From an archaeon (GTDB lineage: Archaea; B1Sed10-29; JAJRYS01), in contig JAVYMF010000001.1 of the NCBI GenBank assembly GCA_038736665.1, forward strand, positions 1 to 38,494: a stretch of DNA of 38,494 bases, written 5' to 3'. How positions within the stretch are numbered: position 1 is the stretch's first letter; each line of letters begins with the position of its first letter. Below the pieces are notes generated by a model. It did not search any database. It was not told the DNA's origin and was given only the letters and a program-made list of their open reading frames with translations. A program made the position numbers and the translations under genes. Below are positions 1 through 8,306 of this stretch, one piece after another.

Positions 1-531
1 CAATGAATCATAATCCTGCGAAGCCGAAGCCCAGGCGTCCTTGTTTTTCGCGATGAAAGCGGCCTGCGCCTCGCCTTCGGACGGGGCCTGCACTACAGGC
101 ACGCCCATGGCAGCCAATAGTTTTTTCGCGTCGCTCAGCATCTCGTCCGTCAGCCGCGACGTCATCTGCGCGTATTTTTTCATTCCTGAAACGTCGCCTT
201 CTTCCCTTGCTTTTTCAAGCTTCTCCGCCGCCTCTTTTTTAATAGCCTGCCTTTCTTGTATTGTCTTGTGCTTTATTTCAGGCGGCTTTCCGTCAAACAC
301 GTACACGGGCTTTATGCCTGATTCAATCAACTTGCCTGTCCTGTACAATAGCCCCGACAAGTGGGACGTCACTCGCCCTTCGGAGTCCATCAAAGGCGTG
401 CCGTCGAACTGGCGTATTATGGACAAAAACTGGTATAAAGAGTTGAACGCGTCGATGGCTATTACTCTGTCTTTCAAGTCCTCAAGTTCTATTTTCTTTT
501 TTACGCCGATGTCCCCGAGCTGCACGCCCAT
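1..531 (-). CDS. fen: Flap endonuclease 1 (FEN-1), N-terminal 177 aa; the 3' end runs off the window
   Basis: Absent from the ORF track because no stop lies in the window. My minus-strand translation from the ATG at 531 reads [113 protein letters not shown]. This is colinear with the N and I nuclease regions of archaeal FEN-1. The listed + ORF 41..637 is its antisense shadow. Confidence 0.95.
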   Translation of the reverse strand, partial: MGVQLGDIGVKKKIELEDLKDRVIAIDAFNSLYQFLSIIRQFDGTPLMDSEGRVTSHLSGLLYRTGKLIESGIKPVYVFDGKPPEIKHKTIQERQAIKKEAAEKLEKAREEGDVSGMKKYAQMTSRLTDEMLSDAKKLLAAMGVPVVQAPSEGEAQAAFIAKNKDAWASASQDYDSL

Positions 532-541
532 GATTTTTTCC

Positions 542-694
542 TCAGAGAAGTTCAGTCAGCCCTTTCAGTATCAGCGCGAGGCCGACTATCCACGCGAGCA
601 GGTGAGGGAACACTATCACGAGCACGCCCGCGATTAAAAGAATCAGGGCTCCCGTCGTTTTGTTGACGCTTATGCTTAAAGTGCGCTTTGCCAT
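542..694 (-). CDS. Small hydrophobic membrane protein (50 aa), unlisted ORF just upstream of fen
   Basis: Hand translation gives [50 protein letters not shown], with ATG at 694 and TGA at 542-544. It has two predicted TM helices and ends 10 nt before the fen start. No family recognised. Confidence 0.4.
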   Translation of the reverse strand: MAKRTLSISVNKTTGALILLIAGVLVIVFPHLLAWIVGLALILKGLTELL

Positions 695-750
695 TCAAAC
701 CACCTCTGAAAATTAGAGTTCACCGGTATATAATAGTCATTCGGTGCTGA

Positions 751-1494
751 TTATTTCCGCTTTGCGAACTTTTGCCTGGGCAAGGTTGAAAAGCCCCTTC
801 TTATGTTCATGATTTCGCATTCGCGTTCCGTCATGGGTACAATGTGACTCTTATGCTCTTTTTTTATTTTCCTCAGGGCGCGCATTTTGTCAGGGCGCTC
901 GTTTAAAACACTAGGGGTTTTAGGGATAAGCCTGCTAAATTTCTTTATGAATGAATCTGCGAACTTCTTGCCAGAAATTTTTTCAATATCCCTTGCGTAA
1001 ATAGGGTCCACTCTCCTTGCTTTTCCGCTAGCACCCATCCAAGTTACGGATAAGTCGTGCATCACGAAAGTGTTTTTAGGCGCTATTTTCAGGGTTTCCC
1101 TTAAGAGGGTTCCTGTTGTTTCGACGCAGGATTCAGCGCGCTCGCCGCATAAAAACAATGATGCTTGCTTACTTATTTTTTTCCTTAGATTTTTTATTTC
1201 CTGTTCATCTTGAATGCCTTTGTTTCCCGAATGCACTATTATGCGCTCTGAGGGTATTTGGCTGTGTGCGTATTCAAGCAAATCAGACGCCATTTTGTTT
1301 CTAACAGGCTCAACATAAAGCACCGCGCTATTATCCCACTTAACCCTGTCGACAAGCGCCTTCCACCTGCTCATCATTTCTTCGGCTTCTTTTTCGGAGT
1401 ACAAGTTTGAGATTTTTGGCTCTGTCATTCCCCAAAATGGGTGTACTATCGCAAAAATGCTTTTAACTTTAAGAGGGGATTTTTTCATAAGCAT
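751..1494 (-). CDS. Hypothetical protein (about 247 aa)
   Basis: Long ORF with no competing frame. The track start (TTG at 1497) abuts the tRNA at 1498, so ATG at 1494 or 1488 is more likely. The segment LFLCGERAESCVETTG faintly recalls isochorismatase-like hydrolases, but I do not assert this. Confidence 0.7.
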   Translation of the reverse strand: MLMKKSPLKVKSIFAIVHPFWGMTEPKISNLYSEKEAEEMMSRWKALVDRVKWDNSAVLYVEPVRNKMASDLLEYAHSQIPSERIIVHSGNKGIQDEQEIKNLRKKISKQASLFLCGERAESCVETTGTLLRETLKIAPKNTFVMHDLSVTWMGASGKARRVDPIYARDIEKISGKKFADSFIKKFSRLIPKTPSVLNERPDKMRALRKIKKEHKSHIVPMTERECEIMNIRRGFSTLPRQKFAKRK

Positions 1495-1497
1495 CAA

Positions 1498-1580
1498 CGC
1501 GGAGACTGGGATTTGAACCCAGGCGGGCCGAAGCCCACTGGTTTAGCAAACCAGCGCCGTAACCGCTTGGCTATCTCCGC
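1498..1580 (-). tRNA. tRNA-Ser (anticodon GCU), type II with long variable arm, no encoded CCA
   Basis: Minus-strand sequence is GCGGAGATAGCCAAGCGGTTACGGCGCTGGTTTGCTAAACCAGTGGGCTTCGGCCCGCCTGGGTTCAAATCCCAGTCTCCGCG. Acceptor pairs GCGGAGA/TCTCCGC. Anticodon stem is CTGGT/ACCAG with loop TTGCTAA. Variable arm is GGGC-TTCG-GCCC. T arm is CTGGG-TTCAAAT-CCCAG, and the discriminator is G. Confidence 0.93.
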
Positions 1581-1603
1581 AACCAAAATCACGATTTTGG
1601 ATA

Positions 1604-1611
1604 GCGTATAC
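1604..1611 (-). promoter_or_regulatory. TATA-like element about 24-31 nt upstream of tRNA-Ser
   Basis: The minus strand reads GTATACGC at the spacing expected for an archaeal TATA box relative to the tRNA 5' end at 1580. Confidence 0.3.
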
Positions 1612-1775
1612 TGGTGCATGTAATTCTGTGAGCCCCAGTATTTTTAACGTTTTTCAGAGGTTTTTTTTTGTTGATGCACTCATCGCGCGGAAAACACCCT
1701 CTGATTTTCCGCGAATGCCGCACTATTTGAATAGCGCATTCCTGTTTGACGTCAAGCCGCATCCAAGAATCGCTA

Positions 1776-2453
1776 TCATTCAGTCATCTCTTTTATTGCC
1801 TGCATGATGTTTTCAGCGCATGCGACTTTAATGGACGTAGTTTTGTTAGCTTCGATGCACTGTGATTTCGGCACGATTATTTTGCTGAGCCCGTTCTGCT
1901 CCGCGACTTTTATTTTCACTCCCAGCTCCGCTATGGAGCCTATCCTGCAGTGCTCGTCCAGCGTGCCCGTTATGGCGACGTCGCTGCGGATTGTTTTGTT
2001 TTCCAGCAGCGCTATCAGCCCGGCTCCGAGAGCAGCTCCTCCTGACGTGCCTTCAACGGTGTGCGCTTCGGAGCGCAGGTTGACTTTCACGTCAAGGCTG
2101 TTCAGGGTTTCGCCGGTTGCTTTTTCAGCGCATTTTATTATTGCCGACATTGAGTCCTGCAAGTCAGCCCCGTAAGAGTGGAAGGTTGTGTCGAAGAATA
2201 CGCGCCCTTCCCCTGGCTCGATTGAAACGTTTATCTCGACGATTTCGCCTGTTTTGTTGTCGTCATGGACGCCTATCCCGTTCACGAGCATGCTTTCAGG
2301 CACTCTGTTAGTGACGTACACCGCTTTCGTGACGTACCTGTACTCATACTGAACGCTGGGCTCCGGAGGCCGGAACGCGATGTACCCTACTTCGAAGAAC
2401 ACCACGAACATCAGCGTCGCGATTGAGATTGCCAGCAACTTTTTAGCTTTCAT
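1776..2453 (-). CDS. Membrane-anchored Lon-protease proteolytic domain protein (peptidase S16), no AAA+ module
   Basis: N-terminal TM helix KKLLAISIATLMFVVFFEVGYIAF. Ser motif EGTSGGAALGAGLIALL matches Lon GPSAG. This is followed by ITGTLDEHCRIGSIAELGVKIKVAEQNGLSKIIVP, which carries the catalytic Lys region. Confidence 0.8.
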   Translation of the reverse strand: MKAKKLLAISIATLMFVVFFEVGYIAFRPPEPSVQYEYRYVTKAVYVTNRVPESMLVNGIGVHDDNKTGEIVEINVSIEPGEGRVFFDTTFHSYGADLQDSMSAIIKCAEKATGETLNSLDVKVNLRSEAHTVEGTSGGAALGAGLIALLENKTIRSDVAITGTLDEHCRIGSIAELGVKIKVAEQNGLSKIIVPKSQCIEANKTTSIKVACAENIMQAIKEMTE

Positions 2454-2462
2454 TTTTAATAC

Positions 2463-2748
2463 CTGCGGAGTGGCGGGAGCGCCCGCGGATGGCAGTCAGC
2501 GTGCCTTTGAAAGTTTTTCCGGCGCCTTCCTCGTTTCTGTTTCCCTAAAGACATCCGGCATTAATGTTATGGCTGCTGCATTCCTGCCCTGACCAGGTTC
2601 CACTAACATCGGATCCAATAGGACAGAAAGTCAACGTCCGGATCCGGGCTTTCGCGGCGCGCTGAAGGCGCTTCGCGGGCTTCGGCCTTCCCTGAAGCAG
2701 ATTTGGAACGACAGGAGACTGCTGCCCTCCCGGCCTATCCCACCGCAG
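2463..2748 (-). ncRNA. Signal recognition particle RNA (archaeal 7S/SRP RNA), ends approximate to within about 10 nt
   Basis: The minus strand contains CCUGGUCAGGGCAGGAAUGCAGCAGCC. This is the helix-8 signature: GGUCAGG, a GGAA tetraloop closed by GCA/UGC, then AGCAGCC (compare E. coli 4.5S GGUCAGGUCCGGAAGGAAGCAGCC). The 5' end CUGCGGUGGGAUAGGCCGGGAGGGC pairs with the 3' end GCGCUCCCGCCACUCCGCAG. Length is about 286 nt, there is no credible ORF, and the region is GC-rich and structured. Confidence 0.85.
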
Positions 2749-2820
2749 TTATTTTAACAGCCTCTTCTTAAATACGTTTTGACGGCGTTTTTTGGGCTGT
2801 CGCGCATCGTTTTCGTTAAA

Positions 2821-2834
2821 GATATATATAAATA
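2821..2834 (+). promoter_or_regulatory. TATA-rich promoter element upstream of ftsZ, plus SD GAGGTGA at 2857-2863
   Basis: GATATATATAAATA lies about 40 nt upstream of the GTG start at 2870. GAGGTGA sits 6 nt before that start. Confidence 0.35.
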
Positions 2835-2869
2835 TTAGAATTGAGTTATCATTTCAGAGGTGACATTTC

Positions 2870-3946
2870 GTGGAGTCTGTAGTGAGAAACGCATTATCAA
2901 CAGAAGCTAAATCTAAACAACCTAAATTGATGGACGGCCCAAGAATAATTGTCATGGGGTGCGGTGGTGCTGGAAACAACACCCTGAACCGAATGGCAAG
3001 GTTGGGAGTGGCCGGCGCAGAACTGATCGCTGTTAACACAGACCGACAACACTTGACTCTGATCCACGACTCTGTCAAAAAGCTGCTTATAGGCCAAAGC
3101 GTAACGCGCGGGCTGGGGGCAGGAGGCTTCCCAGAAGTAGGAGCAAAAGCAGCCGAAGTTTCAAGGGCAACCCTCTCCCAGGCGCTGGAAGGAGCCGACA
3201 TGGTTTTCATCACAGCAGGAATGGGAGGAGGAACCGGAACAGGAATCAGCCCGATTATCTCCGACATAGCAAAAGAACAAGGAGCCATCGTAATCGGAAT
3301 GGTAACTTACCCGTTCAGACTCGAAAGAGCCAGGCTCTTGAAGGCAGACGAAGGAATCCAGAAGCTGAGAAAAGTCGCTGACACAGTGATCATAATCGAC
3401 AACAACCGACTCGTAGAGCTAGTGCCGAACCTGCCGATAGAGCAGGCGTTCAGCGTTGCAGACGAAGTCATATCGCGCGCGGTGAAAGGAATCACGGAAA
3501 CAATAACAACGCCGTCGCTTATCAACCTGGACTACGCTGACGTTCGAGCAATCATGACGCAAGGAGGCGTATCCGTCATCAGCGTCGGAGAAGCCCGCGG
3601 GCACCAGCGCGTAAGCGAAGTCGTAGAAGACACGCTCAAAAACAGCCTGCTGGACGTAGACTACACAGGAGCAAAAGGAGCGCTAATCCACATCACAGGC
3701 GGACCTGACCTGACGCTGGGAGAGGCGAACGAAATCGGAGAACGCCTCACGGAAGCGATAGACCCAAGCGCAACTGTGATATGGGGAGCGAGAATCGTTC
3801 CCGAATCCGAGGGACGCATCGAAGTCATCGCAATCATGACAGGCGTGCAATCATCCCACATCAAAGGGCCAATGACAGGCGCGATGAACGCAAACGCGAA
3901 CACCAAAGACCTCGACTCAGCGCTAGGAATCAGCTACCTGAAATAA
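2870..3946 (+). CDS. ftsZ: Cell division protein FtsZ
   Basis: Motifs seen: GCGGAGNNTLNRM, NTDRQHL, GLGAGGFPEVG, the tubulin signature GMGGGTGTG, the T7 loop NLDYADVRAIM, and GARIVPESEGRIEVIAIMTG. The GTG start is preceded by an SD; an alternative ATG lies at about 2930. Confidence 0.95.
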   Translation: MESVVRNALSTEAKSKQPKLMDGPRIIVMGCGGAGNNTLNRMARLGVAGAELIAVNTDRQHLTLIHDSVKKLLIGQSVTRGLGAGGFPEVGAKAAEVSRATLSQALEGADMVFITAGMGGGTGTGISPIISDIAKEQGAIVIGMVTYPFRLERARLLKADEGIQKLRKVADTVIIIDNNRLVELVPNLPIEQAFSVADEVISRAVKGITETITTPSLINLDYADVRAIMTQGGVSVISVGEARGHQRVSEVVEDTLKNSLLDVDYTGAKGALIHITGGPDLTLGEANEIGERLTEAIDPSATVIWGARIVPESEGRIEVIAIMTGVQSSHIKGPMTGAMNANANTKDLDSALGISYLK

Positions 3947-3973
3947 AGCAAAAACGTCAAACCATAGACCTGA

Positions 3974-4000
3974 ATGAAAGGAAATCTTTTTTCCTTTCAT
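3974..4000 (+). terminator. Perfect 11-bp stem hairpin after ftsZ
   Basis: ATGAAAGGAAA-tcttt-TTTCCTTTCAT lies 28 nt after the ftsZ stop and is followed by T-rich sequence (TATTTTTCGCTTTT). Confidence 0.45.
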
Positions 4001-4017
4001 CACTCGCTATTTTTCGC

Positions 4018-4025
4018 TTTTATAC
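4018..4025 (+). promoter_or_regulatory. TATA box (TTTTATAC) about 24 nt upstream of the HD-gene ATG, implying a leaderless or near-leaderless mRNA
   Basis: Position and sequence match archaeal TATA consensus spacing. No SD lies between it and the ATG at 4048. Confidence 0.35.
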
Positions 4026-4047
4026 TCTTTCCTTCTAAAGTAACTCT

Positions 4048-4650
4048 ATGGCAGACAATCTCTTCAAGCAGCTTTCGGAAAAAGTCGAGAAAAAACTTGC
4101 CCGAGAGAACCGCTGCCCTTCGCACGATTACGAGCACATAAAGCGCGTCATCAAGAACGCGAAATACATATGCGACCGAGAGCGCGGCGACTGGAAAACG
4201 CTGAAATACGCCGCGCTCCTGCATGACGTCGAGTACAGCGCTAAAAACGATGCAGTGCTCCACAAGCACCACGTTCTTTCAGCGAGGGCAGCAGGAAAGC
4301 TCCTGAAAGGAAAACTGCCTCCTAAAAAAATAAAGCAAATAAAACATGCGATAATCGCGCACAGCCGCAAGTACAAATCCGGTCCGAAAACGCTTGAAGC
4401 GAAAATTCTTTACGACGCCGACAAGCTCGAAGCATACGGTTACCTGGGCGCGGCGCGGTACATGATCCAGTCCAGAGACAGAGGAAGAACGATAAAAAGG
4501 TCGTGCGAAAGATACCTCGAGCTGGCGGACGAAATGAGGAAAAACAAAAAGTTATACTTTACAAGAACAGGGCGCAAATTAGCGCGCAGGAAAATGAAAA
4601 AAGGCTTCGCTTTCATCAAAAAAGTCCTCGAAGAAATGAAACGTGTTTAA
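4048..4650 (+). CDS. HD-domain metal-dependent phosphohydrolase
   Basis: Motifs HDYEHIKRV...ALLHDV...AHSRK...YDADKLEAYG give the H..HD..D pattern of the HD superfamily. Confidence 0.8.
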   Translation: MADNLFKQLSEKVEKKLARENRCPSHDYEHIKRVIKNAKYICDRERGDWKTLKYAALLHDVEYSAKNDAVLHKHHVLSARAAGKLLKGKLPPKKIKQIKHAIIAHSRKYKSGPKTLEAKILYDADKLEAYGYLGAARYMIQSRDRGRTIKRSCERYLELADEMRKNKKLYFTRTGRKLARRKMKKGFAFIKKVLEEMKRV

Positions 4651-4652
4651 AC

Positions 4653-5645
4653 ATGAAGATAGGCAGCGTTAAATTATCGAATCCACTTGTTCTCGCGCCC
4701 ATGGCCGGCGTCACCGACCACGCGTTCCGCCTCCTGTGCAAGAAGCACGGAGCGTCGCTCGTATGCGCGGAAATGATTAACGCGACCGCCGTCGTTCGCG
4801 CTTTCGACACCATAAAGACGTTCGGCGTACCGCTGACGATACCGGATTACTTCGCAGAACAATTGACGATAACAGAAGAAAGGCCGGTGTCCGTGCAGCT
4901 GTTCGGCGCCGAAGCTGACGAGATGGCCAAAGCCGCGCATGTCATAGAAAAATACGCAGATATAATAGACATCAACCTCGGCTGCCCGTCGCCGAAACTC
5001 ACAGGCAAAGAAATGGGCTCAAAACTCTTATTATACCCTGAGCGCATCAGCGCCATCGTTTCAAGCGTTTCTTCCACTTGCAAAAAACCCGTGACAGTGA
5101 AAATGCGCTTGGGCTACAAAAAAGACGACTCGCTGCGGATAGCTCGGGTCTGCGAGAAAGCAGGAGCTGACGCGATAGCAGTGCACGGGCGCACGACAGA
5201 GCAGGCGTATTCTGGGACAGCAGATTGGAACGCAATCGAGCGCGTGAAAAAAAGCGTTTCCGTTCCAGTGATAGGCAACGGCGACATAAACTCGCCTGAA
5301 ACTGCGAAGCAGAGGCTGGGCACCGTAGACGCCGTGATGATAGGCCGAGCAGCTCGCGGGAATCCTTTCATATTCTCCAGGACGTTGCATTACTTGAAGA
5401 CAGGAGAATTGCTTCCTGAACCATCTCGCGAGGAGCGCGTTAAGGCTTTCGAAGAATACGTGCAGCTGTCCGGATTCAAGTATTCAAGCGGTTCGTCCCA
5501 CCGGGAAAGGCGCAACCTGGCGGACTTAAAGTTTCAAGCGGATTACTTCATAAAAGGATTCGAGAACTCCGCGAAATTACGGGCGAGGATACACGAAGCG
5601 AAAACCGCTGAAGAAGTCATTTCGCTAGCGTCTCAATCTTGCTGA
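4653..5645 (+). CDS. dus: tRNA-dihydrouridine synthase (Dus family flavoprotein)
   Basis: MKIGSVKLSNPLVLAPMAGVTDHAFRLLCKKHGASLVCAEMI; catalytic Cys context DINLGCPSPK; VKMRLG; AIAVHGRT; PVIGNGDI. The start is set at ATG 4653, 3 nt after the upstream stop, rather than the track's 4503. Confidence 0.9.
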   Translation: MKIGSVKLSNPLVLAPMAGVTDHAFRLLCKKHGASLVCAEMINATAVVRAFDTIKTFGVPLTIPDYFAEQLTITEERPVSVQLFGAEADEMAKAAHVIEKYADIIDINLGCPSPKLTGKEMGSKLLLYPERISAIVSSVSSTCKKPVTVKMRLGYKKDDSLRIARVCEKAGADAIAVHGRTTEQAYSGTADWNAIERVKKSVSVPVIGNGDINSPETAKQRLGTVDAVMIGRAARGNPFIFSRTLHYLKTGELLPEPSREERVKAFEEYVQLSGFKYSSGSSHRERRNLADLKFQADYFIKGFENSAKLRARIHEAKTAEEVISLASQSC

Positions 5646-5994
5646 AAGGAACGCGCTTGAGCACTGAGTTGACGCGTCCGTAAAACTTCTTAACCGTTAC
5701 CCCTGTTTTTTTGTAGTCACGCGTTTTGCTTATTTGCTCCAGCGCATCATCTGTCAGCTCTTCTATTATTTGCATCGAGGAAGCGAGCGACGAGCGGACA
5801 CTTTCGTCACCGTCTTTTTTCCACGAAAGGTTGATCATCGCTTCTAAATATCCCGTGATTAGTTCTGATGTCACGCGCACTTTCTCGGCGTCGGCTCGCG
5901 CGTATGACGAAGTCCTTCGTTTGACGCGCCCGGCGCTCTCTTTAGCCCTTTTTATCGCTATATCCATAAGTTCGTCCGCGTTCATCAGAATCAT
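5617..5994 (-). CDS. Hypothetical helical protein (125 aa), translationally coupled to the M50 protease
   Basis: ATGA overlap with the upstream stop (5991-5994). The segment ADELMDIAIKRAKES..AEKVRVTSELITGYLEAMI weakly recalls the NOG1 N-terminal helical domain, but no GTPase domain is present and I do not assert this. Confidence 0.6.
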   Translation of the reverse strand: MILMNADELMDIAIKRAKESAGRVKRRTSSYARADAEKVRVTSELITGYLEAMINLSWKKDGDESVRSSLASSMQIIEELTDDALEQISKTRDYKKTGVTVKKFYGRVNSVLKRVPFSKIETLAK

Positions 5995-7262
5995 TGAAGC
6001 AGGAATATTCCCAGGTTGATTGCGAACATGATTCCTATTATTACGCTCATCGCCGTGAGCAGCCGCCTGCCGATTTTCTTTTTCAATCCGAGTTTTTTCG
6101 CGTAAAAGTCAGCGAATTCCTCGAATATGCGCGCGCCGTCGAAAATGAGGAAAGGCATGAAGTTGAACATGCCAACTGCGAAGTTAAGCATCGCGGTCCA
6201 GGACACGATTTCCAAGTAGTAATACATGAGCCAGTGGCCGGGATTGTCTGACAATAGCTTCAGGTCCGTGCTGAAAGTTATTCCTATGACGCCACTTGCG
6301 TTGCGGGCCATCGAATAATTGCCCTTGTCAGTCACGAGCGTTATGCTTTTTCGAGGCGTTTTTTCCTCGTTGAGCACGTTCAAGTTGTATATTCTCATGC
6401 CAGGCTCCAGTCCGGCGAGGGCTGCCGGGGAGCCCGCGTCTACAGTGAGGATTTCAGTGTAGTAATTCGAAAGAAGTGCCGGCTGTATGATTGCCTGCGA
6501 GGGAATGAGTATTGCGAGGAAAGCGAACGCCATGACGAAGTTCATCATCGACCCAGAAGAGTATATACGCAGGCGCTTACGCTGCGCTTCTCGTTTCATT
6601 TGCTTCTCGTCCGGCTCGGCGAACGCGCCGATTGGAAACACGCCCGCCGTCACTAGGCCGAGGGACTTGACCCTAATTTTTTCACGCACAGAGACTATCG
6701 CGTGGCTCATTTCGTGGGCGATTATCACGATGACAAGGCTTATCCACGCGCTCACGGGAACGTCTACTGGCGCGCCGGGTATTTCAACGCCTGGAATCAC
6801 GGGCTGAAGCACTGGCACGGGCACTCTTCCGGAAACCAGGTCGCTTATGACAGACTGGGTCGCCCATATTATTATGTAAAGCGCGAGCCCCCCAAACCCT
6901 GTTGTTAAAAGTATTCCCATCCACAGAGGGTTGGTTATGGTTTTCTCGAAAATCAGCGACGGCTCGATGAGTATTACTGCGCTGGCCGCGAACAGAGCGT
7001 AGCCGATGAGAACTTTAATCGGTCGCTTGCGTTCTGATAAAAGCAGGTAAAGGGCTCCGAACGCTCCGAAAGAAAAAACCAGCCCGAGGTCCGCGAGTTG
7101 CGTGAAAACGCCGTGCTTTGACAGCCGCTTCACGGCATTCAAGCCCTTCTTAGTGCGCCACAAGCAGAAAACTCCCTGCACTTCAGCGGAGCGCCTTTTC
7201 TTGAAGTAGTATGCGGGAATTATCACTAGCATCAGTATCGCCGCGAGCCACGACAAGTCCAT
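5991..7262 (-). CDS. Site-2 protease family (peptidase M50) intramembrane metalloprotease with PDZ domain
   Basis: HEMSHAIV provides the HExxH motif. A PDZ-like segment is VDAGSPAALAGLEPGMRIYNLN. The second motif is NFAVGMFNFMPFLIFDGARI (NxxPxxxxDG). Multiple TM helices are present. Confidence 0.9.
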   Translation of the reverse strand: MDLSWLAAILMLVIIPAYYFKKRRSAEVQGVFCLWRTKKGLNAVKRLSKHGVFTQLADLGLVFSFGAFGALYLLLSERKRPIKVLIGYALFAASAVILIEPSLIFEKTITNPLWMGILLTTGFGGLALYIIIWATQSVISDLVSGRVPVPVLQPVIPGVEIPGAPVDVPVSAWISLVIVIIAHEMSHAIVSVREKIRVKSLGLVTAGVFPIGAFAEPDEKQMKREAQRKRLRIYSSGSMMNFVMAFAFLAILIPSQAIIQPALLSNYYTEILTVDAGSPAALAGLEPGMRIYNLNVLNEEKTPRKSITLVTDKGNYSMARNASGVIGITFSTDLKLLSDNPGHWLMYYYLEIVSWTAMLNFAVGMFNFMPFLIFDGARIFEEFADFYAKKLGLKKKIGRRLLTAMSVIIGIMFAINLGIFLLQ

Positions 7263-7267
7263 TCAAA

Positions 7268-7720
7268 TCATTTCCGTTCCTTTATTTTCACGATGTCCGC
7301 GAGCGTCAGCGGCGGCGTTTTTTTCCTTGTTTCCTCGGCACTCTGCTTGCCGGCAAGGGAGTACAAGCGCACGTTAAGCAGCCGCTCAATTTTTGAAGCT
7401 GTTTTTTTTGACGGCGCAATTCGCCCGAGCTCTATTTTTTTTATGAGCGACAGGCTCTCGCTCACTTTCTTGGCGAAGTCCTCCTGCGTTATTCCCAGCG
7501 CTTCTCGTTTCGAGCGGATTATTTCAGCGTAATCAGGAGTTATCTCTTCTTCAGGAGCGTTTGGCGTTATAATTGCTTGTTTTTTCTCAGGCGCCAGCCG
7601 AACGCGCCCGATAAACTTTCCCCTTGAAGAGCATTCTTCGCACACGCTCAAGCGGGAGCTCTCTAGCTCTATTAAGTACAGCTCGTCGGAACTTCGTCCA
7701 CACAACTCGCAGTCGGCCAT
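7268..7720 (-). CDS. mbf1: Archaeal multiprotein-bridging factor 1 (Zn-ribbon plus Xre-type HTH)
   Basis: The N-terminal CELCG...CEEC zinc ribbon is followed by IRSKREALGITQEDFAKKVSESLSLIKKIELGRIAPS, a cro/C1-type HTH. Confidence 0.85.
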   Translation of the reverse strand: MADCELCGRSSDELYLIELESSRLSVCEECSSRGKFIGRVRLAPEKKQAIITPNAPEEEITPDYAEIIRSKREALGITQEDFAKKVSESLSLIKKIELGRIAPSKKTASKIERLLNVRLYSLAGKQSAEETRKKTPPLTLADIVKIKERK

Positions 7721-8263
7721 TCACTCAACTTTTATCTGGCTCGGCTTTTTTTCTTTTGCTTTGATAAGCTCTATTTCAAGAACACCGTTCTTGTACGTGG
7801 CGCGCGAAACGTCCGGCTTTACAGGAGAAGGTAACTTCGCTTTTTTGTGGAACTTGTTAGGCACGTTTATGACAAGGGTTTCGTTGTTGTCTTTCAGGCT
7901 TATTTTTATGTCTTTTTTCTCGACGCCCGGCAGCTCGGCAATCACGTTAATGCAATTCTCTTTTTCAATGATGTCAACAAGAGGCTCGCGCTCGTCTTTT
8001 ATGGAAGGCTTCTTGCCTGTCTCGACGTTTCCAAACTCCTCGAAATTAATTTTCCCTTCTGGGCCGATGTTCATGGAAAACCCGTAAACCATCGGCTTAC
8101 CTGGCTTCAAGTTTTTCAGCGCTTCTTCATCCAAGTCCTGCAGGCTTGAGAAGCTCTTCTGCATTTCTTCCATCATTTTGTTAATCATTTCCGAGAAGTC
8201 GTCAGAAAAGAAATCATCAAAAGGGCTCTCTGGTTTTTTCTTTTTCTTTCCCCAAAAAGGCAT
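7721..8263 (-). CDS. hsp20: Small heat-shock protein, Hsp20/alpha-crystallin family
   Basis: EPLVDIIEKENCINVIAELPGVEKKDIKISLKDNNETLVINV...ATYKNGVLEIELIK is a typical ACD core. Its stop codon is immediately followed by the mbf1 ATG. Confidence 0.88.
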   Translation of the reverse strand: MPFWGKKKKKPESPFDDFFSDDFSEMINKMMEEMQKSFSSLQDLDEEALKNLKPGKPMVYGFSMNIGPEGKINFEEFGNVETGKKPSIKDEREPLVDIIEKENCINVIAELPGVEKKDIKISLKDNNETLVINVPNKFHKKAKLPSPVKPDVSRATYKNGVLEIELIKAKEKKPSQIKVE

Positions 8264-8306
8264 TATATCACCCGCTATTATTGCGTTTTCTTGATTAATA
8301 AACCCT

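Noticed and set aside
41-637. 198-aa + strand ORF at the start of the window
   Set aside because: It is a low-complexity antisense shadow of the unmistakable FEN-1 coding sequence (1..531 minus) and the small membrane ORF.
1661-1713. T9 run (1661-1669) and a 9-bp stem hairpin CGCGGAAAA..TTTTCCGCG (1686-1713) between tRNA-Ser and the Lon-domain gene
   Set aside because: The T-run is on the + strand, where no gene ends. On the coding (minus) strand it reads as A-run, so I cannot assign terminator function. It may be incidental.
2870-3946. Whether the tubulin-family gene is CetZ rather than FtsZ
   Set aside because: The FtsZ-type T7 loop NLDYADV, the GGGTGTG motif and the C-terminal linker plus tail are more consistent with FtsZ. 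FtsZ1 versus FtsZ2 subtype cannot be decided by eye.
4503-4652. 50-aa N-terminal extension of the Dus ORF as listed in the track
   Set aside because: It overlaps the HD-domain gene in another frame and is basic low-complexity sequence. The canonical Dus N-terminus begins at ATG 4653.
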